64,000 nt of DNA from NCBI RefSeq assembly GCF_006345805.1, contig NC_042997.1, positions 80,972,001-81,036,000 on the forward strand, written 5' to 3'. Source of the stretch: Octopus sinensis. Taxonomy: Eukaryota. A model generated the notes under the pieces. The model was given only the letters and a program-made list of their open reading frames with translations, did not search any database and was not told the DNA's origin. Shown piece after piece: positions 24,008-36,099 of the stretch; position 1 is the first letter of the stretch, and each line of letters opens with the position of its first letter. Both the position numbers and the translations under genes were made by a program.

Positions 24008-25304
24008 ACATACATATATATATATATATATGAAGATCTGATAGTCATAATACCTTTAATCAACTTCAGTTAATCTGCACTAATCTGGGATTAAACAACA
24101 ACAATAACAATTGGTTCAAATGTAGATACTTGTAGTAAATCTTTGACAGGATATTGAATCATCTACCTTCCAGTGGAATAGAATACCTTCTATATAACCT
24201 GATAAAGAAAATGAATACGATAACAAATGACAAAGTAATTTAAAAAAAAAAAAAAAACTACATTAAAACTTCATCACTTGATAGTCTATGTAAAACAAAT
24301 TTCTCAAGAAAAGAAAAACATTTTTTAATTGTATTTTTTCTTACACTTTTATTATATTCAATAAAAATAATTTTCATATATTATAAAAATTAAAAAAACA
24401 AAGAAAAGAAAATAATATAGATGTTTATTTTAGTTATACTTCAAATTGAACATAAATGTCAAACAGATATAGTATTTTTATGGTTCCACATGTCTTGGTT
24501 GTTACAGAGAAAATTGGAAAGAAAAGAAAGAAAGAAAACAAAAATTTTTATTGGCAAATATCCCAAAATTCTATTTTTAAAAAATATAGACACACACACA
24601 CATATGCATGCATGCGTGCGTGTATATATATGTATGTATGATATGTATGTACGTATGATATGTATGTCTGCAAATAAAGATATAACACTGATAATTATCA
24701 TCATTACCAATGGCATCATCATCATCATCACCATTGTTGTTGTTGTTGTTTTGCTCATTTCTTTATCTTCATTTGGTCATTTTTCTTTTCTCTTTCTGTC
24801 CTGCTTGTGTGTCTCTCTGTGGATAGGTTGTTGTTTTTCTTTTCCCTTTTTTCTGTCATTTATTTTTCACTTGTTTTTTTTCCTTCCTCCATTTAATATC
24901 ATTTTTGGAAGAATCAATACTAATTCTTTAAAAATAAGAACTCTGCAATACTACTAAACAAGAAAGTTTGTTTTAATTTACTTCAGATACTAAATAATGA
25001 AGATGCATATTTCTCTGTTGAATACATCTTTATAATACAATAATGTTTCATTAACATCTTAATTAGTTTCCTTGTAACATAAACAACAATAACCTGTGTT
25101 ATATAGTTCCTGTGTAAGAAGGTAGCAATGTTTGGTTGGGCACTGAATAACAAGGAAGTAAGGTTCAGATAATAACTCTTTAACATATATAGCATGATAT
25201 AAAAGACAGTTTTACCATACCAGCAATAGAATATTGAATTATTTGGCTGGTACAAACTATGGGTTCAATATTCCATAGTTTGTTTAGCAAATAATAATGG
25301 TTTC

Positions 25305-25460
25305 AAATCTTGGCTCAAAGCCATAAATTTTGAAAGGACACTAGTATTTGACTGCTACTTTATTTTATTGACTTCAAAAGGATGAAAGGCAAAGATGATC
25401 TCAACAGGATTTGAACACAGAATGTAAAGAGCCCAAAGAAATGCCATGAGTGCTTTGTCC
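25305..25460 (-). mobile_element. SINE family A (partial)
   Basis: AAAAGGATGAAAGGCAAAG...ATTTGAACACAGAATGTAAAG. Confidence 0.6.
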
Positions 25461-25464
25461 AGTA

Positions 25465-26985
25465 ATTATTCAAGCCAAGGAGTTCTGGAGCAAATTATGG
25501 GGAAACTATGTGGTGCATAAAAGGGATGCAATGTGGGTAGAAACTATCAAGACAGAATTACAAGGAGGAAAGAAACAAAGGAATATTGTCCTAAACATGG
25601 GTGATGTGAAAGAACAAGTGGGTAAAGTGCCCAACTGGAAAGCCCCCGGACCAGCTGGGATTCATGGCTTCTGGCTGAAGAGATGCCATGCAGTGCATGA
25701 AAGACTAGCAGCCCAATTGAATGAGTGTGTCCAGAAAGGCACAGTCCCAACGTGAATGGTGACTGGGAGAACAGCACTTATAATGAAAGATAGAAAGGGA
25801 ATATTATGGGAAACTACCATCCCAGGGCATGCCTAAACATAATCTGGAAGATACTCACTGGAATATGTGCGTCAAAGACATACACTTTCCTGGCACAAGA
25901 AGAAATACTACCAAGGGAACAAAAGGATGTAGGAAGAGTTCTCAGAGTATCAAAGATCACCTGGTCATCAATGTTGCTGACAACATCCCAAATTTTCTGA
26001 TGCATAGCATGAAAGAATGGAAAACCAAATTGTATTCAAATAATGTATTCCTTGGAGAACTTAATATTAAAAGGGGAATCTTCCAAGGTGACATGTTTTC
26101 TCCGTTACTATTTGTAATTGCACTAATGCCCATAACAATGACACTTAGGAAAGTTAAGACGGGTTACCGATGTGGGGAAAAAGGCCCAACGTTGAACCAT
26201 CTTCTGTTTATGTATGACCTGAAATTGTTTGGGAAAGCTGTAAAACAGATAGATTCCGTAACCAAAATAGTCTAGAATTGTGGTAGGGACATCGGTATGG
26301 AATTTGGGATTACCAAATGCTCAGTACTTAATATGAAAAGAGGGAAGAAGGCATCCTGCAAAAGATTACAGTTACCATCAGGAGAGACCATGATTGAACC
26401 TGATGGTAGTGGGTATAAATATTTAGGGATTTTGGAGCTGGATGACATACAACATAGAGAAATGAAAGTCAAGGTCAGTGTGGTATATCAAAAAAGGGTG
26501 AAGATGGTGTTGAAATCCAACCTGAATGCCAAAAATTTGATTTCCACAATAAATATCTGGGAAGTTGCGGTGGTCACATATAGTGCATCCAACCTCAAAT
26601 GGATTAAGTAGGAAATATCAACACTTGATAGAAGGATGAGAAAGTTGATGACGCTGCATGGGACGCTACACCATAAAGCAAATGTAAACAGACTGAATAT
26701 GAAAAGAAAGAATGGTGGCAGAGGACTAATTAGTATAGACCCTGTATAAGGAGTGAAAGTAGAACGCTTGCCGAGTATTTGATAAATACTTAGAAAAACT
26801 CTATCAGTTTAAATGTGTGTGTTGCATTACATAAAGATATTTCCCTACTGCTCCTGCCACTTACTCTCCCCAAGCTTTCAGAAAAAACTGTAATATCTCT
26901 TATCCTTCACTCGCCCTAGGATGTTGGGTGTGTCTCGGTAAGTGATTGTAACAAGCATGCAGATTAAAAGTAAATAATAATGATG
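25465..26985 (+). mobile_element. Decayed Dong-clade LINE (RT domains 0-7, internal deletions)
   Basis: PNWKAPGPAGIHGFWLK, GIFQGDMFSPLLFVIAL, LNHLLFMYDLKLF, YKYLG and LKSNLNAKN, with frameshifts. Confidence 0.88.
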
Positions 26986-26989
26986 ATGA

Positions 26990-27445
26990 TTTCAAATTTT
27001 GGCACAAGGACAGCAGCTTCGAGGAAGGGGCTAAGTCGATTGTATTGACCCAGTGTTCAACTGGTTCTTATTTTATCGACCCCAAAAGGATGAAAGGCAA
27101 AGATGAACTCAGCGGAATTTGAACTCAGAATATAACGATGGACAAAATACTACTAAGCATTTTGCCTGGCATGCTAATGATTTTGCCAGCTTGCTTCCTT
27201 GATGATGATGATGGTGATGGTAATAATGATTCTTTCTTCTACAGGCTCAAGCCTTACATTTTTTGTAGGATGTGGCAGTTGATTATGTTGATCCCAATGC
27301 TCAACTGATACTTATTTTATCAACCCCAAAACAGTGAAAGGCAAAGCTGATCTTGGTAGAATTAGAACTCAGAATGTAAAGATGCATGAAATGCCCCAAA
27401 GCATTTTTTCTAACATGCTAATGATTCTGCCAGCTGGCCACCTTT
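26990..27445 (-). mobile_element. Two tandem SINE family A copies
   Basis: Copies at ~26990-27200 and ~27235-27445, separated by a (GAT/AAT) tract. Confidence 0.78.
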
Positions 27446-27989
27446 AAATAATAATGATAGTAATGTTTTCTTTATTAGCCACAGAGTCTCGCAGAAGTAC
27501 ATATAAAATATGAAGAGACATTAACTGAATGGCTTACAAGGAAAATGTGTGGTGGTGTAGGAACAGATAAGTTATACAAAGACAAGGGATGGAACAAGAC
27601 ATTGTACAACATATAAATAGACGAATGGAAAATTTTAAAGCACAAATATTTTGTGAAAATAAATATAATAAAAAAACTATGATAAAACACACAATGATTG
27701 AAAAGGACATAATTAAAGGAAATAAACATGAAAATGTTACAGACTATGCTGAGTTAAGATGACCTCGTGTCTCTGCCTGATTGCTATTGTTTGTATTGTT
27801 TTGTCATGTGCACTCAAAAGCAAAGCAATGGTTAACATTTTTTTTAGCTAATTGGGATTGAAAAATTTGATGTAAAATAAACACAAACTAAATAGTTAAC
27901 CATATATAAAAATACAATGAATTTAAAAAAGATATAATTTTATAGTACAAAAGCAAGAAGTAAACATTTAGGGTAGCTCACCAGCTATA

Positions 27990-28215
27990 TTGTGTAGATG
28001 CATGGTGTACTGGTTTGGATATTGGACTCATAATCTTTAAGTCATGGATTCAATACTTAGTTTTGGGTGATTTCTTGTGCCTTTGAGTAAGAGACTTCGT
28101 TTCAGCTGCTTCAGCTCACTTAGCTGAATATGAATGCCAGCAACAGCAGTGTGGGTGGATTACCTCATGAAAGATTGGTCTTCTGTTCAGGGTGGAGTCT
28201 TGTACTCCCACTTGT
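27990..28215 (+). mobile_element. tRNA-derived SINE, family C (decayed)
   Basis: tRNA-like head, then CTTTGAGTAAGAGACTT...CAGCTCACTTAGCTG. Related to 35200-35505. Confidence 0.5.
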
Positions 28216-28219
28216 TTAA

Positions 28220-28437
28220 CCCTTTTGTTACCGTATTTCTGGTGGAATACACTGCCATTGTTCCAAAAAAATTTGAAAATAATGAAGAATTCAGTAAAAT
28301 GATTTTGTCATTATTATACTTGTGTTTGCTTTGTAAATTAAAATTCTCATGGAACGTTTTAACTGAGATAAGTTTAAAACAGGAAGTTTGTACCATAGAA
28401 CCAAAGGTGGTTTTGGACAGGTTGGTATAAAAAAGGG
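28220..28437. mobile_element. piggyBac-type MITE (218 bp)
   Basis: TTAA|CCCTTTTGTTACC...GGTATAAAAAAGGG|TTAA. A second copy lies at 57034-57254. Confidence 0.75.
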
Positions 28438-28499
28438 TTAAATACCACAGAAAACAGGATTAGCTCCAGTCTAATGAACCTTTAAACTCAAGATGTCAG

Positions 28500-29080
28500 T
28501 GATTCATCTGTTATCAAAATTGGCTGCTTTTGCACATCTCGCTTGTCTGATGGTAAAGTTGTGTTGTAGATTTCTTCTGCAGATTACTGAATAATCTGCA
28601 GAGGAAATTAAATGGAATACTTTCATTTGACTATTTTTCCAAGGTGTCCATGCATACCTCTACCACCTCATTATGGTTGATGTTGGGGTAAAGTGAAGAA
28701 ACATTCATGGTTTTTGAAACTATTTTGGTGCTTCCATAATTGTTAATTATGGAAACAAAATCAAAAATATCTTGACATGAAAATTTGGTTGTTTTTGAAT
28801 TTTAGTTTCAGGAAATAAGAATCTATCCAACCACTCTGAAGTTTTGGCTGTACAGTATTCATGCCTGCTGCAAATTGGATGCAATGGTGGAAAACTTCAA
28901 ACCTTTTGTGTAATTTTTTCAGGTCACAAACTGTAGATATACTTTGCTCTTACCACAATGTTCTAGATTCAATGTCATTTATAAAATTGTTTTCCTCCAT
29001 TTCCAAAATTATTTTGTCAAGTTCTTTTCTGTAATTGGGGCTTGTATCAAGAGATAGTACTTCTTGAAATTCCAATACAA
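28500..29080 (-). mobile_element. Penelope-like element RT fragment (decayed)
   Basis: Minus-strand MNVSSLYPNINHNEVVEVCMDTLEK (PLE-type DVxSLYxNI), upstream CTAKTSEWLDRF and KLHK. Confidence 0.7.
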
Positions 29081-29384
29081 CCAATAATTTTTGTACACAC
29101 TAAATTTCTCTCCTACTATCAACACTGCCCACATCATACATAGTTTATTCATCCTGCCAAAACTAATCATGTTGTTTTACCAACCTGTTTTGTGGGGAGA
29201 TGTCTACACTCTCCTAATCCCTACAAATACGAGAACACAATTCTGCACACATTCAGGAATTTCATAGAAGTGCACTAGGTAGTGCTGTAGAAACTCAATG
29301 GCAACTACCAAAAAAAAGCTCTTCATAATAATAATGATGATGATAATGATGACCTCCAAAATATACATTGCTATATACAACTAT

Positions 29385-31110
29385 TTTTTAATTGACTGCA
29401 TAGAAAATGGAACACCAACATGGATAACAAAGGGAAGGACAGTGTTGATGCAGAAGACCAAAGAAAAGACAGAGGAAGTCAGCAATTATAGACCTATTGC
29501 TTGCTTACCATTACTCTGGAAACTATTAACTGGCCTCAGCACAGACAAAGTATATCATTTTCTGGAAAAGGAGAACCTACTACCAGAAGAGCAAAAAAGG
29601 ACGTAGGAAGAAATCAAGAGGAACTGCTGATCTGCTAAGTTAAGACTACAGAATATTAAATGAGGTACAAGTAAAGAGGAAAAATAAATCACCTACTTTA
29701 TGTGGATGATCTCAAGATGTATTCAAAAATGACAGCGAGACCTGGATTCTCTAATCTAAACAGTGAGAGTATTCAGTAAAGACATTGGAATGCAGGTTGG
29801 GGTAGATAAGTGAGCAGTACTGACTATGAAGTGGGGCTAGAAGATAAAGTCTGATAGCATAAAAATTACCACATCATTAGATCACTGTAGAATAATGAGG
29901 GATACAAATGTCTAGGAGTGCTGCAAAGCAATAATGGAAGGAGAAATGAGAAAGTCACTAAGAGTATAAGAGGAGAATTGGGAAGGTGCTGAAAACAAAA
30001 TTAAATGGAGAGAATATCATTAAAACCATAAATACATGGGCTATGCCAGTACTAAGATACTTCACCCCCTTTCTGAAATGGACAAAGGCCCATCGTAAAA
30101 GTAATGCCAATCGACTCTGTTTGCCAACAAGGGAAAGTGGTTGTGGAAGACACTATTGGTACTGTGATACTGGGTCTGAAAAATTATGTCATACAGAATA
30201 AGGAAAGAATACTTTCAGCTGACAGAGATACCTAAAATGTGACTGAAATAGTAGGAGAATTTAAAAAGAAAAGGAAGAACGACTGAATAAACAAGTGGAA
30301 AGTAAATGGAACTGCATGGCCAACTTATTCAACAAACTGAAAATGTTGGAAGTGAAACCTGCTGGCTTTGGATGATAGATGGAAACTTGAAGTGAGAAAC
30401 ATCAATTATAGCCATTCAAGAACAAGATCATACAACAAATCTGATAAAGACAAAGATTGATAAAACTCAATCAAACAGAAAATGTAGAATCTGAAAGAAA
30501 GGAGATAAGAGCATCAACCACATTTTGAGTGGGTGCAGTAAACTGGCGTAAAAAGAGTATAAGCACAGACATGACTGTGTAGACAAAGGAGTGCACTGGG
30601 ATGTTAGTTGAGTATGTGGCCTCAAAACAACAGAAAACAACACAAACTAGTGTGATAGAAAATAAGAATTATCAAATCTTGTGAGACTGACCATGCTACT
30701 GAGGCAAGAAGACCAGACTTACTTATAGAGGACAAAATAAACAGACAGTGTAAGATCATAGATTTTACAATTTCCTATAATAGCAAAGTTGACATCAAAT
30801 AAATGGAAAAAAATGAGAGATACCAGGATCAAGCTGGAGAGTTGAGGAGACTGTAGAAGACCAAGACACTAATTATTTCTGTAGTAATAGGTGCACTTGA
30901 TACAACACTCAAAATGCTACCTAAAAGACTAAAAGGAACTGAAATTCAAACTTGCATTGTTGACCTGAGAAAAGTATCATTCTATATTCTGCAAAAATCC
31001 CAATAAAGATTCTTGAGATTGGAGGAGACTTGTCACCAAACCTCATGATAAAATACTTCCTAACTAAATTAGTATGCAGTAGCTTAGTAGTAGTAGTAGT
31101 AGTTGTAGTA
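29385..31110 (+). mobile_element. Decayed Dong-clade LINE with several internal deletions
   Basis: TWITKGRTVLMQK..NYRPIACLPLLWKLLTG, YVDDLKMYS, LKTKLNGENIIKTINTWA, RHDCVDKGVHW and RRPDL. TAG-rich tail near 31082. Confidence 0.85.
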
Positions 31111-31169
31111 CAACAAATAGGATTTTAAAGTAGGAAGAAAATGGTGCCAACATAAACCAGAAAGTGTAA

Positions 31170-31720
31170 TAGAGAATGTTCAGTATAAGGTCTTATGAGA
31201 TTTTAATGCACAGATTGATCATGAATTTCATGCAAGGTGACCAAATATCATGGTTCTTGACAAGGAGGAAAAAGAGTGCATCATCAGAGATGTGGCTATA
31301 TCTGCTGTCGAAGAACAGGAAAAAATAGGAAAATACCAGGTTTTGGTTAGGAAAATGTAACTGTGGAGGATTTCTGAGAAAGTAATCCCAGTTGTCATGG
31401 GTTCCTCCTAGGCACCATCACCAACAGACTTAACAGTACTCTTATTGAGATTGGTGTAACAACAAAAGTTGCATTAATTCAGAAATCTGCTCAATTGGGA
31501 AGAGCAAAGATTGTAAGAAAGGTCCTCAACATCTAGGGAAACTGGTTGCAACCTGTATCAAGGATATTGATTCCAAATGTAAAACATTCATGCACACCAT
31601 GAATATTAACAACAACAACAAAATAATGATAACAATGATGATGATGATGGTGACAATGACGATGACAATGATGACAACACTGACAATGATGACAGCAACA
31701 ATGATGATGATATAGTCAAG
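31170..31720 (+). mobile_element. Dong-clade RLE endonuclease fragment with simple-repeat tail
   Basis: VL*DFNAQIDHEFHAR*PNIMVLDKEEKECIIRDVAIS..IQKSAQLGRAKIVRKVLNI*. Confidence 0.8.
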
Positions 31721-31904
31721 GCTTTAATGATAGCAGATATCATTACTTTCTTGCCTTATATCCATTAATACCAATGAAATTACATAGATCTGTTCTGTCA
31801 GGGTTGACCTGGAGTTAAACAACAATAACAGCAGAGGCAATAATCATAGTAACTGCAAACTGGCTTTCAAAGAGACACTGGAAACATATGCAAACATCAA
31901 TATT

Positions 31905-32560
31905 ACCAGGATAAATCAACTAAATTATGCAGCAGCAAGAATAGTCACAAAGAAAAGCGGATACTTTCTCAAAAGATCTCGTATATAAATATCTAAGCCT
32001 AAACAAATAATGTGGAGAACAAACATAAAAAGAAAGACAGAATATAAAGTTCTCTCAATCTTAAATGAGATTGGCAACATAAGCTTCAAGTGAAAAAAAA
32101 AAAATATAGAAATATTACAGAAAGGAAAAATTGAAAAAGAAATATCTGATCTCAAAGAGTACCTAAAACAAGAGAACTTCACTAAATCACAATGAATCAT
32201 CTGCTTTGATGAAAAAACAATAGCATGTTTTGGATAAAATAAATAATCAATCTTCAACTCAAAATGATTTTACTAAGAACTAAAACAAAAACAGAAACTG
32301 ATGTAGTGCCAACAGCAAGAAAAACAGATGTTGGGAGTTGTACTAAAGAACAGAATATAATCAGTGGGAAAACACACGGAAATGAGAAAATGCTGAACCT
32401 CTGACTAAATTATCCAACAGGTGTCCACAAAGAACTTTCAAAAATATTCAAGTAACTTCTATAAGAATGAGAAGTGATACCTGAATGCGTTGCAATATTA
32501 ATCTGTAAGACTGATGGAAAGACAAACTCCTGAAATGACAGTTCCATAATCTTATAGTAT
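31905..32560 (+). mobile_element. Highly decayed Dong-like N-terminal ORF fragment
   Basis: INQLNYAAARIVT and a QNK.FN..FY.EL-like stretch similar to the pre-RT region at 36456-36728. Confidence 0.5.
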
Positions 32561-33479
32561 TCAAAATTTTAACTGCAATATTACCCAGAAAGAATAAATA
32601 CTTCTTTTAAAAAAATAGCAGGAATTATGCTGGGAAAGCACATTTGAGTGTAAAGAGCAGTTACTGATAAAGGAAGTGATAAAGGAAAAATCATAAGAGG
32701 AAAAAAGAACAGCTTGAGCACAGCATGAATTGGCTGTCGAAAGGATTTTGACTGTGTTCTTGTTCTGGAATTCTAAAAGCATTACCCATAAATAATAAGT
32801 TTGATTTATTTTCAGTTGCCTGATATCAGCACAGATAAGCAAACAGTCAATTCACTGAAATTATTGCTCTTGTTTAGATTCATTAATCCAGGTACTCCTG
32901 GCAGATTAGCCGCAACATGTTGGAATTCTGATATTCTAGGATTCCTTGTACTAGTGAATTGAGTGAGTTATGAACACATAGTCACTGTAAAGGAGAAGTT
33001 GCTCTCTTGTGACAAACACAACTACAATTAGCATATTAATATTCAAATCTGTCAGAATGTATTAAGAATAAATGTATAAAGTCAGTGTACCCATAAATAA
33101 GATAGCGTAAATAACAAGCAAGTACAGGCATCCCTGTGTTATGGAAGGATTGTGTTCTTGAAATTCTTACTGAAACATGGAAATCCTTATGATAAAACAT
33201 ATTTTCCCATTGACTCCCATTTTAGATAAAATAGAAATCAATGAGAAAATAGGGCTGCATTATGAAATTCAAAGATCTTGAGGAACTTAATGCTTCTATA
33301 ATGTGTGGGGTTTCTGTGCATGAAACATGATATGAATAAATGTAAAACAATTTTACTGAGTAAAAAAAAGTCTATTAGAAGGGGAATATTGCTTTTGCTC
33401 TCCTCTACTCTTTTTTGTGGGGTGGGGGGCACTAATCCCTTTAGCTAGTATGCTAAACTAAATTGTTTATTGAAACAAG

Positions 33480-34960
33480 TTCTCGAGGATGACAATCCCA
33501 CTCCCCATCCCCTGCAAATGGATCATCTCGAATTATATACTGCAGATGACAAACTATTGGACATTCTGTTATATATGTTGCACAGATTTAGCCAGGAAAT
33601 TGACATGCAATTCGGTTTGGAGAAAGGTCACCTGGAAAAGAGGAGAATTAATACAAACCAGTAATGTCATGTTAGATAAAGAAACTGAGAAAAGAATTAG
33701 ACCAAAGACAAATTTACAAATACTTAGGAATTAGTAAACAAGGCTGGAAAACAACACACACACACACACGCACACATTGGTGAAGGTTAGGGAGGAGTAT
33801 TATAAGTGCATTGGATTAATTCTTAAATCAGAGCTAAATGCAAAGTACAACGTAATCTTATTAATATTCTAGCTATTCTAGTAATAGCTAAAATATTCTC
33901 AACTGGATGCTAAGTATGATGATATATAAAAACAAGGTATATAGGGACAGCATTTGGAATACACGACCAAAACTTAGTAGAAAGATTACATTTAAAACAG
34001 AGACATACAATGGTCTTCTGCAACTTAAAAACTAAAAAAAAAAATTCGACTGTAGAAGTTTGAAAATACCTTAGAAAAAATAATAGAAAACTGATACAAA
34101 TAGCTAACCATTAAATATAAAACTAATGCTTTAGTAACAGTGAGTTGTGATAATAATGGAGAAAAATAACAAAGTAATATTTTAATACTAAAAATAATAT
34201 GAAAATATTGTAAAGTAAAGCTCTTTGTAGCTAATACCCTCAAAAAGCTAAATAAAATGGAAATGAATTAAAAAAAAAAAAGCTCAGAATTGACTGAGAA
34301 GCTCAGGACTCAAAGCTGAGATCAAAGAGATTTTTATTATGGCACAAGACTTTCTGCTAGAAACACCAAAAACATAGAATAATATAGATTACTATAAATA
34401 ACTTCAGAATATGTGGCAGCTGGGCAGAAACAATCAATCACATTGCTTCTGGCTATCCAGTCTTAGTGAACAAAGAGAATATATAAACAGACATGACAGA
34501 GTTGAAAATTTCAAACACTGAAAGCTATACCAGCATTATGAAATATTCACAGAAAAGAAATGGTACAAACATTCACCAAAATCACAAAGTAACCATACTC
34601 TGAGATACAAGAAAGCACAGAGCCAGAGAAATAAAGGCAAATTGCTCAGATATTATTGTTAAAAGCAGCTAGGAAAATGTTGCTTCCTCAATATATTAAT
34701 TCAAACATAAGACAATGGAAGCTGTGGAAAAATAATAAGACTGAGAAATAGATATTCAGCATATGATTACTGAAAATAGAAATAATCATTGTAATAATAG
34801 TTGGGTTGGGAATGATTAAAAGGAGATGTAGACAAATATATGAATAAGACTTTAGGGCTTCCATACACAGCATACATAAAACAGTACTATTAGATACTTC
34901 ATACATATTACATAGATACCGGCAGGCAATACAATACAATACAAAAACATAACAAAACAC
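33480..34960 (+). mobile_element. Decayed Dong-clade LINE related to copy A
   Basis: MDHLELY..FSQEIDMQFGLEK, LKSELNAK, LRSSGLKAE, RICGSWAETINHIASG and RHDRV. Confidence 0.8.
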
Positions 34961-35199
34961 TACTATAAAAGGGATACAGAGCTGTGCTTGGTACTAGATT
35001 GAAAGAATGAAATAACAATATATTGAACCAACAACAGCAATAACAGCAATGGCAATTGTTCCAAACAAAAACACAAGGTTTGGAACTTAGGAGAGGAGAA
35101 TAATCGATTATATCAACCTTATAACTTGGTTGGTAGGTGATTTAATTGACCCAGGAAAAATAAAGAATTAGAACTGGACAGGCTCTCCATCAGCTATGA

Positions 35200-35505
35200 C
35201 AACTAGCATTTTAGTTGATACAATTAACTGATCAGCCTGTTTCTGAAATTAATGTGCAGATGGTTGAACACTCCATAGACATGCATACCCTTAACATTCT
35301 TGTCAGGGAGATTAGGTCTGACACAGAGTGAGTGACAAGGCTGGCCCTTTAAAATAGGTACAACTTATTTTTGCCAGCTGAGTGGACTGGAGCAAAGAGA
35401 AATAAAGTGTCTTGCTCAAGTACACAATGCACCACCAGGAATTAAACCCACAGACTTATGATCATGAGCTGAATTCATTAACCACTAAGCCACATACCTT
35501 CACGA
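35200..35505 (-). mobile_element. tRNA-derived SINE, family C
   Basis: Minus strand TGGCTTAGTGGTTA (A box), GGTTTAATTCC (B box) and CTTGAGCAAGACACTTTATTTC..CTCCAGTCCACTCAGCTG core. Confidence 0.72.
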
Positions 35506-35589
35506 GATGTTGGGACAAATATTGTAATGTGTTTTACCTGATGCTTTAATGGTTCTATCAACCCATAGCTCTTATTTTCATGTCTCTAC

Positions 35590-36060
35590 CGATCGGGTCC
35601 ATTGGACAGTTTTAGTTCCTTTGTGTTTTAGCGCTTGGCCTTAGCTCTGACAATGCAACCTTCGTTTTTTGCCTCAAAGACATAGTCAGGGCCATTCTTG
35701 CCATTAACACGTCCGTTGCGATGCCTTTACTAATAGCCTCTTCTAGTTTGCTAACTAGTTCTCCCTCTAATCTATTTCTTTCTATTGCTAAATCTTTACT
35801 AAACACTATCGATTCTACTCTAATTACTCTCTTCAGAGCAATCCATCACTAGTTGTTGGTGGTAGCCCCCATTAACTGCTGCTTAACTAGTTCACTAATC
35901 CAGTTCCTGTAGTCTTTGCAAGCCAGTAAGGATGTATTTGACTTCCAGTAACCGGATTCCTGTCTACGGGTCCTAGCTAAATCGACTGAGCATATCACAA
36001 ATTTGTGATCTGTGTAGCCAATTAATTTAAATTGTGGACAACCTATGCTATCCCTATCTT
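35590..36060 (-). mobile_element. Tx1/L1-clade fragment (APE endonuclease C-terminus and linker)
   Basis: GYTDHKFVICSVDL..GYWKSNTSLL (SDH..WKxNxSLL motif), continuing in frame past stops. Confidence 0.75.
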
Positions 36061-36099
36061 CTGACCTTACAAATACTCCTGAGAGAGTTAGGCATCTCC

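Noticed and set aside
24421-24957. 178-aa hydrophobic ORF suggesting a membrane protein
   Set aside because: Built from simple repeats and a T-rich tract, with no recognisable domain.
33123-33320. Tigger-like start TACAGGCATCCC with a weak inverted match
   Set aside because: The second TIR is too degenerate to support a call.
35440-35505. tRNA-like A/B boxes here and in other SINE heads
   Set aside because: No cloverleaf; they continue into SINE cores, so they are not tRNA genes.
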